Shown: in pieces, positions 17,562 to 26,722 of the stretch
How positions within the stretch are numbered: position 1 is the first letter of the stretch
How the letters are laid out: every line of letters begins with the position of its first letter
Source of the DNA: an uncultured Desulfatibacillum sp.
GTDB taxonomy: Bacteria > Desulfobacterota > Desulfobacteria > Desulfobacterales > SpSt-501
Direction of reading: 5' to 3'
Length of the DNA: 57,057 nucleotides
NCBI GenBank assembly: GCA_964596545.1
Contig: CAZQUP010000004.1
Location: forward strand, 15,868 to 72,924
The notes under the pieces: model-generated
What the model was told of the DNA's origin: nothing
Seen by the model: only the letters and a program-made list of their open reading frames with translations
Databases searched by the model: none
Program-made: the position numbers and the translations under genes

Positions 17562-18905
17562 TCAGCTCTCCGGTTCCCCGAAAACGTCCGGATAACGGCA
17601 AGTGCAGCCGCGGAAGTTGCGCAGCAGGAGATCCCGCCCTTCGCGGCCCGCGATGCCGTTCGGCATGAGGGGGATCTTCCCGCCGCCGCCCGGGGCGTCG
17701 ACGACGAAGGTCGGAACGGCGTAGCCCGAAGTGTGGCCGCGCAACCCCTCCAGGATCTCGAGCCCCCGGCGCACGGGCGTGCGGAAGTGCGCCGAGCCGG
17801 TGATCGGGTCGCACTGGTAGAGGTAATAGGGCCGCACACGCATCCGGAGCAGCCGCTGGCAGAGATCCTTCATCACCGGCACACTGTCGTTGATCCCTTT
17901 GAGCAGCACGGTCTGGGAGCCGAGCGGGATGCCGGCGTTGGCCAACCGTTCGCAGGCGCGCATCGCTTCGGGGGTGCACTCGGCGGGATGCGTGAAGTGC
18001 AGACTCATCCAGAGCGGATGATAATGACGCAGCATACGCACAAGCGCCGGCGTGATGCGCTGGGGCAGGACGGCGGGGATCTTGGTTCCGATGCGGATGA
18101 TCTCCACGTGCGGCACGGCGCGCAGCCGCGAGAGCAGCCACGCCAGGCGCTCGTCGTTCAGCGTGAGCGGATCGCCGCCGGAGATCAGCACATCGCGCAC
18201 GGTGGGCGTACGGCGAATATACTCGATCGCCTGCTCGAGGCGCGAGCGGCTGGGGTAGATGGCCCCGTGGCCGACGATCCGCGAGCGGGTGCAATAGCGG
18301 CAATAGGTAGAGCAGAAATCGAGGACCAGCAGCAGCACGCGGTCGGGATAACGATGCACCAGACCGCGAACCGGGCTCTGGTGCTCCTCGCCCAGGGGAT
18401 CGTCGTCCTCGCCGGGGGAGGAGACGAACTCTTCCAGGGTCGGGATCACCGTGCGCCGCAGCGGATCGGCCGGATCTTCGCGCGAAATCAGGCTCATGAA
18501 ATAGGGCGTGATCCCCAGGGGCAGCTTGGCCTGGGCCTGCAGCACGGCACGGCGCTCGGAGTCGGAGAGCACGATCATCCGTTCCAGCGGCTCGAGGCTG
18601 CGGATGCGGTTGCGGACCTGCCACTGCCAGTCGTTCCACTCCTTCTCGGTCGCCGCGGGAAAAAAGGCGCGGCGGAAAGCCGCCGCACGCGGTGAAGACG
18701 GGGTACGCGAGCGGAAAAAGGGAACGACGGTCAGCCGGGGCGTGGGACTCGGAAGCGGGGGCGGGGAAGGTGCGGGTTCGGCGGAGACGGGTGAACCCGG
18801 AGGCTCTTCATCGTTTTCGGAGCCTGCCTCGTTGCGGGATGCGGGCAGGGAGGGCAATCCGCTGTGGCTCATTTTCGCGGCGTCGGGTTTCATGCTGACC
18901 TGCAT
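17562..18905 (-). CDS. kamA: KamA-family radical SAM lysine 2,3-aminomutase
   Basis: 'CSTYCRYCTR' radical-SAM cluster, 'ISGGDPL', 'YLYQCDPITGSAHFR' and 'FVVDAPGGGGK'. It has an ~85-aa Pro/Ser-rich N-terminal extension, and the true start is uncertain (18905, 18893 or further downstream). Confidence 0.88.
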   Translation of the reverse strand: MQVSMKPDAAKMSHSGLPSLPASRNEAGSENDEEPPGSPVSAEPAPSPPPLPSPTPRLTVVPFFRSRTPSSPRAAAFRRAFFPAATEKEWNDWQWQVRNRIRSLEPLERMIVLSDSERRAVLQAQAKLPLGITPYFMSLISREDPADPLRRTVIPTLEEFVSSPGEDDDPLGEEHQSPVRGLVHRYPDRVLLLVLDFCSTYCRYCTRSRIVGHGAIYPSRSRLEQAIEYIRRTPTVRDVLISGGDPLTLNDERLAWLLSRLRAVPHVEIIRIGTKIPAVLPQRITPALVRMLRHYHPLWMSLHFTHPAECTPEAMRACERLANAGIPLGSQTVLLKGINDSVPVMKDLCQRLLRMRVRPYYLYQCDPITGSAHFRTPVRRGLEILEGLRGHTSGYAVPTFVVDAPGGGGKIPLMPNGIAGREGRDLLLRNFRGCTCRYPDVFGEPES

Positions 18906-19332
18906 TCTCCTTTCCGGCGATGGGTGTTGATGGAAGACACCGCTCTTGGACGTTTGTATTCCGCCCGGCGATTACACCGGACCTCCCTTGTGTAACCCGG
19001 GAATCAAGGAACCCAGGGGCAAATATGCAACCGCATCATTGCTCTAGTTCCTTTTGACACCCTTCCTGTTGTGTTTTTAAAGGCCAATTAATGCAACCAA
19101 TCGTGGTTGTCAACGATAAAATAAGCGTCCGGGATGCATAAATATCCCGTTCTCTTCGTTGGTTAGATTGAATTATACCTTCTTCCAAAGAAAAAGCAAC
19201 GCCATTCTGGCAGTTATGGAAAATATTTTTGGGCATCATCCATCGGCAATATGTATCAAAATAGATACATTTGGGGTGCGGAGGGTATGCCTCCTGAAGC
19301 GCCGGCGGGACGGCAGTAAAAAGGATTCGGAA
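18906..19332. other. AT-rich non-coding gap between phnX (3' end) and kamA (5' end)
   Basis: My hand count gives 93 G+C in 240 nt (about 39%) for 19021-19260. It contains the inverted repeats CAACCA-N4-TGGTTG (19094-19109) and ATGTATC-N6-GATACAT (19251-19270), plus a ~12-bp minus-strand hairpin (18964-19001). Confidence 0.6.
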
Positions 19333-20145
19333 TCAGGGCTTTCCCCCTGCAGCCAGGCGGCGCGTGATGCGCACGCAGAGGCGATCGAGCTCGGCGATGC
19401 AATCGATGACGAAGTGGGCCCCGGATGCCCGCAAAACACGCCGGGCTTCCCCGATGGCCGCCCGCCGCCCGGTCGGCGGGAGGCGAAAGGCTTCCTCCTC
19501 GCTCCATCCGACGAGATTGCCGGTGGCCGCCACGCCGACCGACCAGCACCCGGCGTTCCGCCCGGCGGCCACGTCCGGTATCGTGTCCCCCACGGCGGCG
19601 GCCGCGGCAGGCGGCCAGACGGACAGCCTCTCCAGACACCGAAAAATCATCCACGGGGCGGGCCGCCCAGCGGGAACGTCATCGACGCAGACCGCCGCCT
19701 CGGGATGAAACCCCTGGCGGGCGGCCTCGCCGAGCACCACTTCCATCATCGCGCGGTTGTATCCGGTCGTGACCCCGATTCGGATCCCCACGGCACAAAG
19801 CCTTTCGACGGCCTCAAGCGTGCCCGGGATGAGTCGGCTCAAGCGCGGCAGCAACTCGATTTGCAGAGGCACGAACTCCCGGTAGAGATCCTCGATGTCC
19901 GCCGCTTCCGCATCTCTTCCGTAAACCGCACGCCAGCGCGCCGCGATTTCGGGCCGCGCAAGCAGGGCGGCGATGTGCTCGCGTTTTCCCAGTCCCATCG
20001 GACCCCGAGCGCTCGCGAAGTCGAGGGCCACCCCCCGGCGCCGGAAAAGTTCTACAAAGGCCGCGAGCGGGGCCCGGCTGCCGTAGTCGACGCAGGTGCC
20101 CGCCAGATCGAGGATGACGGCCCGCAACTCGATTTTCGATTGCAT
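19333..20145 (-). CDS. phnX: phosphonoacetaldehyde hydrolase (phosphonatase, HAD family)
   Basis: 'ILDLAGTCVDYG..AP..AF...F...GV.....AR.PMGL.K..HI.ALL' includes the nucleophile Asp motif and the Schiff-base Lys region characteristic of PhnX. Confidence 0.8.
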   Translation of the reverse strand: MQSKIELRAVILDLAGTCVDYGSRAPLAAFVELFRRRGVALDFASARGPMGLGKREHIAALLARPEIAARWRAVYGRDAEAADIEDLYREFVPLQIELLPRLSRLIPGTLEAVERLCAVGIRIGVTTGYNRAMMEVVLGEAARQGFHPEAAVCVDDVPAGRPAPWMIFRCLERLSVWPPAAAAAVGDTIPDVAAGRNAGCWSVGVAATGNLVGWSEEEAFRLPPTGRRAAIGEARRVLRASGAHFVIDCIAELDRLCVRITRRLAAGGKP

Positions 20146-20332
20146 CCTTCCTCCTTTTCCCGTATTCGGAACCGTTGCGCCGGGAAAAGGTGTCTATACC
20201 CCCATCCACCGGCGGGGGCAAACCGCGCCGGCCGCTTCCGATCCGCCGGCGGGCGGGGTTTTGTTTTGCCGGCCGAAAGCCGCAGCCTCGCGCACGCCCG
20301 CGAAGACTCCCGGCAGAGGCCGATTCGAACCC

Positions 20333-21547
20333 ATGCCCATGCACAATCGGCATGTTCTCGAAAAACTTCAGGCGGTGAACCCGCAGGCCGAAATCTGGTG
20401 GGACTCGGCCCCGATGGTCTACGCCTCCTGGGCCGAAGGCGTGGTCGCCGCGGCTCCGCCCGCCAAGCGCGACCGTTGGCGCGACCAGCTCGCGCGGCTC
20501 TTCAACCCCGCCGCGCCCGAACGCAACCTCTTCCGCGGCGTGACCACCAACCCGCCGCTCAGCCTCGCCGCCTTGCGCCAGGACCTCTCACGCTGGACCG
20601 AAATCGTGCGTGCCTTCATCCGCGAGGACGCCGCGCAGGGAGTGGAAGCCGTCTACTGGCGCACCTACCGCGAGATCATCCGCCAGGGCGCGCAGTTCAT
20701 GCGTCCCCTCTGGGAGGCCAGCGGCGGGCGCTTCGGCTTTCTGTGTGCCCAGGTCGATCCGCGTGACTGCTTCGACGCCGAGCGCATGCTCGCCCAGGGC
20801 CTCGACCTCGCCCTTCTCGCCCCGAACCTCCTGATCAAGGTCCCGGGGACGCGCGAAGGCTACCGGGTCATCGAGGAGCTCGCCGCCCGGGGCATCGGCG
20901 TGAACAACACCCTCTCCTTCACCGTGCCCCAGTTTGCGGCCTGCCTCGACGCCCTCGAGCGCGGGCTCACCCGTGCCCGCCGGGACGGCGTCGATCTCTC
21001 GCGCTTCCGCTCCGTCATCACCCACATGTCGGGCCGCTACGGGCGGCTGGGCGACCTCGCCGCCCAGGCCGAGGCGCGGGGGATTCCGCTCGAGGAGGCC
21101 GACCTGCGCTGGGCCGAAATCACGATTTTCCAGCACGCCTACCGCCTGGTCCGCGCGCGGGGCCTGCCGGTCAAGCTGCTGATCAGCAGCATGTGCATCG
21201 GGCCCTGCAACGGCCCGGGCGGCGCGGCCAGCTGGCACATCGAGAAGACCGCGGGCGCGGAGGTCGTCTACGCTTGTCCGCCGCCGTTCATCGAAGCCCT
21301 GATGGCGATCGAGGACGAGCTCAAGCCCTTCCGCCCCGACGCGGTGGATGAAGAGGCACCCCCGGCGACGCTCGCGAAACTGCGCCGCCTGCCCTACTTC
21401 GTCGAAGCCTGCGAGCCCGACGGGCTGAAACCCGAACAGTTCAACCGGCACGCCGCCCTCATCGCGACCGCAGCCGAATTCGCCCGCGCCACCCGCCACA
21501 CCGTGGACTTCATCGCCCGGCAGTTCGAGGCGCTCCACGCCGGCTGA
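20333..21547 (+). CDS. tal: transaldolase-family protein (long form)
   Basis: 'GVTTNP', 'LIKVPGT.EG' (catalytic Lys) and 'NNTLSF'. The start is at the internal ATG (MPMHNRHV...). Confidence 0.8.
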   Translation: MPMHNRHVLEKLQAVNPQAEIWWDSAPMVYASWAEGVVAAAPPAKRDRWRDQLARLFNPAAPERNLFRGVTTNPPLSLAALRQDLSRWTEIVRAFIREDAAQGVEAVYWRTYREIIRQGAQFMRPLWEASGGRFGFLCAQVDPRDCFDAERMLAQGLDLALLAPNLLIKVPGTREGYRVIEELAARGIGVNNTLSFTVPQFAACLDALERGLTRARRDGVDLSRFRSVITHMSGRYGRLGDLAAQAEARGIPLEEADLRWAEITIFQHAYRLVRARGLPVKLLISSMCIGPCNGPGGAASWHIEKTAGAEVVYACPPPFIEALMAIEDELKPFRPDAVDEEAPPATLAKLRRLPYFVEACEPDGLKPEQFNRHAALIATAAEFARATRHTVDFIARQFEALHAG

Positions 21548-21583
21548 ACGGCGCACGACCGACGCCCAAGGAAAGGACAGGGT

Positions 21584-23602
21584 ATGCCCGGATCCCGTGC
21601 CCATCTCGACACCGTCTGCATCCACACCCTACGCGCGCTGGCGATGGACATGGTGGAGGAGGCCCGTTCCGGACACCCCGGAGCCCCGATGGGGCTCGCC
21701 CCGGCGGGCTACGTGCTCTTCACGCGCCTTCTGCGCCACGACCCCGCCGATCCCGTCTGGCCCGATCGGGACCGCTTCATTCTCTCGAACGGGCATGCCT
21801 CGGCCCTGCTCTACAGCCTGCTCCACCTCTGCGGCTACGACCTTTCCTTGGAGGACCTGCGGCGGTTCCGCCAGTGGGGAAGCAAGACCCCGGGGCACCC
21901 GGAGTACGGGCACACCCCCGGCGTCGAGACGACGACCGGACCGCTGGGCCAGGGGATCGCCAACGCCGTTGGCCTGGCGATCGCCGAGCGGCACCTCGCC
22001 GCGCGCTACAACCGCGGCCGGGATCGGATCATCGATCATTTCACCTACGTCTTCTGCGGCGACGGCGATCTGATGGAAGGGGTGGCCGCCGAAGCGGCTT
22101 CACTCGCCGGCCATCTCGGCCTGGGGCGGCTGATCTGCCTCTACGACGACAACCGCGTCACCATCGACGGCCCGACCGATCTCGCCTTCACCGAGGACGT
22201 CGCCCGCCGTTTCCGCGCTTACGGCTGGCAGGTGCTGCGCGTGCGCGACGGAAACGATCCGGCGGCGATCCTGGCGGCCTTCCGCGCCGCCCGGGCGGAC
22301 ACGGAGCACCCCACGCTCATCTGCTGCCGCACGCGGATCGCCTGGGGCAGCCCGAACAAGGAGGGATCGAGCGAAGCGCACGGCGCACCCCTCGGGGCCG
22401 AGGAAGTGCGCCTGACCAAGCAGCGCCTGGGTTTTCCCCCCGAGACCTCCTTCTTCATCCCCGACGAGGCCCGGCGCCGTTTCCGCGCCTGCGTCGCCCG
22501 CGGTGCGAAACTTCATGCGGCCTGGAGGCGCCGCTTCGAGGCTTGGTCGCGCCGCCACCCGGCGCTCGCCGCCGCGTGGGAGGAGGCGCTCGCCGGGCGG
22601 CTCCCCGCGGGGTGGGACGCCCAAGAACCCGATTTCACCGGCTCCCCGCCCATCGCCACCCGAAGCGCCTTCGGCAAGGTGCTCGAGGCCGCCGCTCCGC
22701 GCGTACCCGCCCTGATCGGGGGTTCAGCCGACCTCACCCCCTCGAACAACACGCGTTATCCGGGAGCGGTCGACTTTCAGCGCGCAAGCCCCGGAGGCCG
22801 CTACCTCCGCTTCGGAGTGCGCGAGCACGCCATGGGCGCAGTTCTCTCGGGACTCGCGCTGCACGGAGGGTTGAGACCCTACGGCGGGACGTTCCTCGTT
22901 TTCGCCGACTATCTGCGGCCGGCGATCCGCCTGTCCGCCCTGATGCGCCTTCCCGTCCTTTACGTCTTCACCCACGACAGCATCGCCGTGGGCGAGGACG
23001 GCCCTACCCATCAGCCCGTCGAACATCTGGCCTCGCTGCGGATCATCCCCGGCCTGGTGGTCCTCCGGCCGGCCGATGCGACCGAGACGGCCGAGGCCTT
23101 CCGCCTCGCCCTGGAGCGGACCGCGGGGCCCACGGCCCTGATCCTCAGCCGGCAGAACCTTCCGGTTCTCGACCGCACGCGGCTCGCGCCAGCGCGGGGC
23201 CTGCGCCAAGGAGCCTATGTGCTCTCCCCCGAGAAGGGCGGGCTCGCGGCCGTGCCCATCGCCAGCGGCTCCGAGGTGCACACGGCACTTGCGGCCCAGG
23301 CCCTCCTTGACGAACGCGGCCGCTCCGTTCGCGTGGTCAGCATGCCGAGCTGGGAGCTCTTCGAAGCCGCCCCCGCCGCGCTGCGCTCGGCCGTGCTGCC
23401 GCCGGAAGTGAAGGCGCGGGTCGCCGTCGAGGCGGGGGTTTCCTTCGGCTGGGAACGCTATGTGGGACCGCACGGCCGCGTCATCGGCGTCGACCGGTTC
23501 GGCGCCTCGGCTCCGGGCGCCTTGGTGATGGAGCGCTACGGCATCACGGCCGAGCGCGTGGCCATGACCGTCGAGGAGCTGCTCGGCCGCGATGCGGGGT
23601 AA
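21584..23602 (+). CDS. tkt: transketolase
   Basis: 'SGHPGAPMG', 'LSNGHAS.LLY', '[10 protein letters not shown]', '[18 protein letters not shown]'. Confidence 0.95.
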   Translation: MPGSRAHLDTVCIHTLRALAMDMVEEARSGHPGAPMGLAPAGYVLFTRLLRHDPADPVWPDRDRFILSNGHASALLYSLLHLCGYDLSLEDLRRFRQWGSKTPGHPEYGHTPGVETTTGPLGQGIANAVGLAIAERHLAARYNRGRDRIIDHFTYVFCGDGDLMEGVAAEAASLAGHLGLGRLICLYDDNRVTIDGPTDLAFTEDVARRFRAYGWQVLRVRDGNDPAAILAAFRAARADTEHPTLICCRTRIAWGSPNKEGSSEAHGAPLGAEEVRLTKQRLGFPPETSFFIPDEARRRFRACVARGAKLHAAWRRRFEAWSRRHPALAAAWEEALAGRLPAGWDAQEPDFTGSPPIATRSAFGKVLEAAAPRVPALIGGSADLTPSNNTRYPGAVDFQRASPGGRYLRFGVREHAMGAVLSGLALHGGLRPYGGTFLVFADYLRPAIRLSALMRLPVLYVFTHDSIAVGEDGPTHQPVEHLASLRIIPGLVVLRPADATETAEAFRLALERTAGPTALILSRQNLPVLDRTRLAPARGLRQGAYVLSPEKGGLAAVPIASGSEVHTALAAQALLDERGRSVRVVSMPSWELFEAAPAALRSAVLPPEVKARVAVEAGVSFGWERYVGPHGRVIGVDRFGASAPGALVMERYGITAERVAMTVEELLGRDAG

Positions 23603-24530
23603 AGCCGGCGCGCAAAATCCGCCGCGGTCCGGCCGGGAGGGGGGAGGGTCGGCCGCGGGAGTCCTCGCCGCCGGAGGGGCGTTTGCCCTCTGGGGTGCGA
23701 GCCCCCTCTACTGGAAGGCCCTCGAGGACGTCTCCCCCCTCGAGATCGTGGCCCACCGTGTGTTCTGGTCCGCACTGCTGCTGCTCGGGACGGGTGCGCT
23801 CACGGGCCGGCTGGGCGAGACCTTCGACGCCTTGCGCGACCGGAGGTTGCGGGGCACGTTCGCCCTCACGACGCTGCTGCTGACCGGAAACTGGATCATC
23901 TACATCTGGGCCGTGAACCACGGTTTCATCCTTCAGGGAAGCCTCGGCTACTACATCAACCCACTGGTGAACGTCGTGCTGGGGGTGATTTTCCTGCGCG
24001 AGCGGTTGCGCCGCGCCCAGATTATCGCCGTAGCCATCGCCGTCTTGGCCGTCCTGCTGCGCACCCTGTCGCTCGGCGAGCCGCCGTGGATCGCGCTCTT
24101 CCTCGGGATCACCTTCGGGTTTTACGGCCTGTTGCGCAAAACCGCCGCCGCGGGGGCGCTCGTCGGGCTGACCGTGGAGACCCTTCTTCTGGCCCCCGCC
24201 TGTCTCGCCTTTCTGGCAGCCCTCGAACTCCGCGGAACGGCGGCCTTTCTCCACGGCGGCCCCGCTCGGGATCTCTGGCTCGTCGGCACCGGAGCCTTCA
24301 CCACGATCCCGCTTTTGCTTTTCGTCGTCGGGGCCCGACGCATCACGCTTGCGACCCTCGGCCTGATGCAGTACCTCGCGCCGAGCGGCATGTTTCTCCT
24401 TGCCGTGCTCCATTACCGAGAGCCGTTTTCCCCCTCCCAGGGTTTCGCCTTCGTCCTGATCTGGACGGCGCTTGCCCTTTACAGCCTGGATGCTCTCCGG
24501 GCCCATCGGCGGATTTCCCGTCGGGTTTGA
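23592..24530 (+). CDS. rarD: RarD/EamA-family (DMT) transporter
   Basis: '[14 protein letters not shown]' and 'RVFWS' with ten hydrophobic segments. It overlaps the tkt stop by 11 nt. Confidence 0.8.
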   Translation: MRGKAGAQNPPRSGREGGGSAAGVLAAGGAFALWGASPLYWKALEDVSPLEIVAHRVFWSALLLLGTGALTGRLGETFDALRDRRLRGTFALTTLLLTGNWIIYIWAVNHGFILQGSLGYYINPLVNVVLGVIFLRERLRRAQIIAVAIAVLAVLLRTLSLGEPPWIALFLGITFGFYGLLRKTAAAGALVGLTVETLLLAPACLAFLAALELRGTAAFLHGGPARDLWLVGTGAFTTIPLLLFVVGARRITLATLGLMQYLAPSGMFLLAVLHYREPFSPSQGFAFVLIWTALALYSLDALRAHRRISRRV

Positions 24531-24631
24531 TTTTTCGCGGCGACCGGCGATAATGGGCCGTCCCTCGCGAGGCGGGCCGCCGGCCCTACCGGCCGGAGCG
24601 GGCCGCCCCGACTCTCCGGCGGGAGCGCACC

Positions 24632-26005
24632 ATGGTTCTTTCCGACCCGCAACGCGAGCTTGAGCGGGAGCTCTGGAAGCTCCAGGCCGGCGACCACCTG
24701 TGCGCCCTCTATGAGTCCCCCGCCGAGCGCGATCTCGTGCGGGCGATCTTCATCCGCCAGGGTCTGGAGCGGCACGAGGCGGCGCTCGCGCTGACGGGGG
24801 AAAAGGGGGAAGAGGACCTCGAGCGCGCCCTTCGCGAACAAGGTGTGGAGCCCGCCCCTTTGCGCAAACGCCGGCAACTCGAAATCGTCCGGGCCCTGGA
24901 CTTCCTGTCGGCGGGCTCGGGACGCGACGCCGCGCCGATTCTTCGCACCTTGCGCCGAATCGCCGGCCGGCGGATCGCGGAAGGCTATGCGGCGCTGCGC
25001 ATCTCGGCGGACATCGACTCCGGTCTGCTCGCCGCCTTCGATCCGGCCGGCCTCCTGCGATGGGGGGCGGCGCTCAATCCGCATCTGTCCGCGCTCCCGG
25101 CGCTCTTGGCCTGCCACTACGACCGGCGCCGCACTCCGGCCGGCTTCCTCCTCGACGTCCTCGGCATCCATCCCCGGGTCTTGATCGGCCCCGAGCTCTA
25201 CGACAACTTCTATTTTCTGCCGCCGGACGAGGCCGCCGGGCCCGATCCCGCCGCCGCACGGCTCACGCGCTGGATCGGGCACCTCCAGGAACGCAAGCGT
25301 TCCGAAACCCAGATCCGCTCCCTCACCCGCAAGCTGATGAAGACCCAAGAGGACGAGCGGCGCATGATCTCCCGCGAACTTCACGATCGCCTCGGCCAAG
25401 ACCTGAGCGGGATCAAGATCGCGCTGGAAACGCTCCCCGATCGGCATCCCAGCGCCCCGGCCGCCCTTCAAGAGGACGTCCGCCGTCTGGGCCAGCTGCT
25501 GGAACGCGCCATTTTCACCGTCCGGGACCTCGCCTACGAACTGCGTCCCCCCGGACTGGAGGAGATGGGACTGGTGCAGGCGATCGCCATGTTCTGCCGG
25601 GAATTCGCGGAAAAGACCGGTCTCACCGTGGACTTCCGGGCCGTGGGGGTGGAACGCCTGCGGCTCGACTTCCAGGTTCAGATCCAGCTCTACCGCATGA
25701 TTCAGGAGGCGCTGAACAACGTTCAAAAGCACGCCCACGCCCGCTGCGCCGTCGTCAAGCTGGCGGCGGTCCGGCCGCACCTGCTGCTGCGGGTCGAGGA
25801 TGACGGCCGGGGGTTCGACGTCGCCGAGCGGGCCCGTGCGATCGACGCCGAAAAGCGGATGGGGCTGAGGAGCCTTCAGGAACGCGCCGAGGTCCTCGGC
25901 GGGGTCCTGCTCGTGACCTCGGCCCCGGGGCGGGGGACCAAGATCCTCGCCCGCCTGCCCTGTCCCGACGGAGAGGACCCATGGGGGGAAAAAAGACGAT
26001 TCTGA
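24632..26005 (+). CDS. sensor histidine kinase with N-terminal MEDS-like domain (HisKA_3/HATPase_c)
   Basis: 'GDHLCALYESPAERD' (MEDS-like), H-box 'ISRELHDRLGQDLSG', and 'VEDDGRGF...GLRSLQERAEVLGG'. Confidence 0.85.
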   Translation: MVLSDPQRELERELWKLQAGDHLCALYESPAERDLVRAIFIRQGLERHEAALALTGEKGEEDLERALREQGVEPAPLRKRRQLEIVRALDFLSAGSGRDAAPILRTLRRIAGRRIAEGYAALRISADIDSGLLAAFDPAGLLRWGAALNPHLSALPALLACHYDRRRTPAGFLLDVLGIHPRVLIGPELYDNFYFLPPDEAAGPDPAAARLTRWIGHLQERKRSETQIRSLTRKLMKTQEDERRMISRELHDRLGQDLSGIKIALETLPDRHPSAPAALQEDVRRLGQLLERAIFTVRDLAYELRPPGLEEMGLVQAIAMFCREFAEKTGLTVDFRAVGVERLRLDFQVQIQLYRMIQEALNNVQKHAHARCAVVKLAAVRPHLLLRVEDDGRGFDVAERARAIDAEKRMGLRSLQERAEVLGGVLLVTSAPGRGTKILARLPCPDGEDPWGEKRRF

Positions 26006-26661
26006 TCGTGGACGACCACACCCTGTTCCGCGAGGGACTCAAGGCCATCATCGGCCGCAACCCCGCCTACGAGGTGATCGCCGAGACCGGCCGCGGGGAC
26101 GAGGCGATCCGTCTGGCCCGCGAATTCCGACCTCGTCTCGCCCTGATCGACATCTCGCTTCCGGATCGGAGCGGAATCGACGTCACCCGGGAGATCAAAC
26201 GGTCGCTACCCCGGACCTCGCTCCTGATCGTCACCATGCACTCCAAGATCGAGTACATCGTGAACGCCTTCCGCGCCGGCGCCACGGGCTTCGTGACCAA
26301 GGACTCCGCCCCGGAGCGCCTGCTGCAGGCGATTGAGATCGTGCTACAAGGGGAAACGTTCCTTGACTCCGCCGTGTCGCAGCAGGTGCTCGCGCGCCTG
26401 TCCGGTGTCGTCCCCTCCCCGCCCGGCACCCGGCCGGATGCCGCCTACGAGACGCTCACCCCCCGTGAGCAGGAGATCCTCGCCCTTCTCGCCGAGGGAC
26501 ACCCCCCTCGGCACATCGCCGAGCGGCTCTTCATCAGCCCCAAGACGGTCGAAAACCATCGCAGCCGCATCCTGCGGAAGCTCGGCCTGCGCAGCAGCCT
26601 CGAGCTCATCCGGTACGCCGCCCGCGTGGGCATCATCGACCTCGATCTCTGGAAAGAGTAA
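25981..26661 (+). CDS. LuxR/NarL-family response regulator
   Basis: REC domain ('ILIVDDH', 'ALIDISLPD') plus HTH ('LTPREQEIL.LLAEG.....IAE.L.IS.KTVE.HR..I..KLG'). It overlaps the kinase by 25 nt. Confidence 0.92.
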   Translation: MGGKKTILIVDDHTLFREGLKAIIGRNPAYEVIAETGRGDEAIRLAREFRPRLALIDISLPDRSGIDVTREIKRSLPRTSLLIVTMHSKIEYIVNAFRAGATGFVTKDSAPERLLQAIEIVLQGETFLDSAVSQQVLARLSGVVPSPPGTRPDAAYETLTPREQEILALLAEGHPPRHIAERLFISPKTVENHRSRILRKLGLRSSLELIRYAARVGIIDLDLWKE

Positions 26662-26677
26662 AGCCGCCTTCCCCTGC

Positions 26678-26722
26678 GGGATCTCCGGCCGCACGGGAAA
26701 ATCTCCCACCTCCGGGATCTCC
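26678..26722 (+). repeat. three direct GGGA(aaa)TCTCC boxes spaced ~18 bp apart
   Basis: GGGATCTCC at 26678-26686, GGGAAAATCTCCC at 26695-26707 and GGGATCTCC at 26714-26722. Further copies are AGGATCTCC at 26842-26850 and an inverted GAGATCC at 26926-26932. Confidence 0.4.

Noticed and set aside
16525-18639. 704-aa ORF that looks like a fusion of a large N-terminal domain with an ATP-grasp ligase.
   Set aside because: The N-terminal ~360 residues overlap kamA in another frame and are Arg/Pro-rich with no recognisable domain. ATP-grasp homology begins at a GTG (17553) that has an SD and sits right after the kamA stop.
19025-19045. GG-N10-GC (cGGttgcatatTTGCc on the minus strand) resembling a sigma54 -24/-12 promoter upstream of kamA.
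   Set aside because: Only the GG and TTGC positions match. The -24 element is not TGGCAC, and no enhancer-binding-protein gene is nearby.
19036-19239. 67-aa minus-strand ORF inside the AT-rich island.
   Set aside because: It has no Shine-Dalgarno sequence and no recognisable motif, and stop-free stretches of this length can occur by chance. I kept it only as a note inside the AT-rich island finding.
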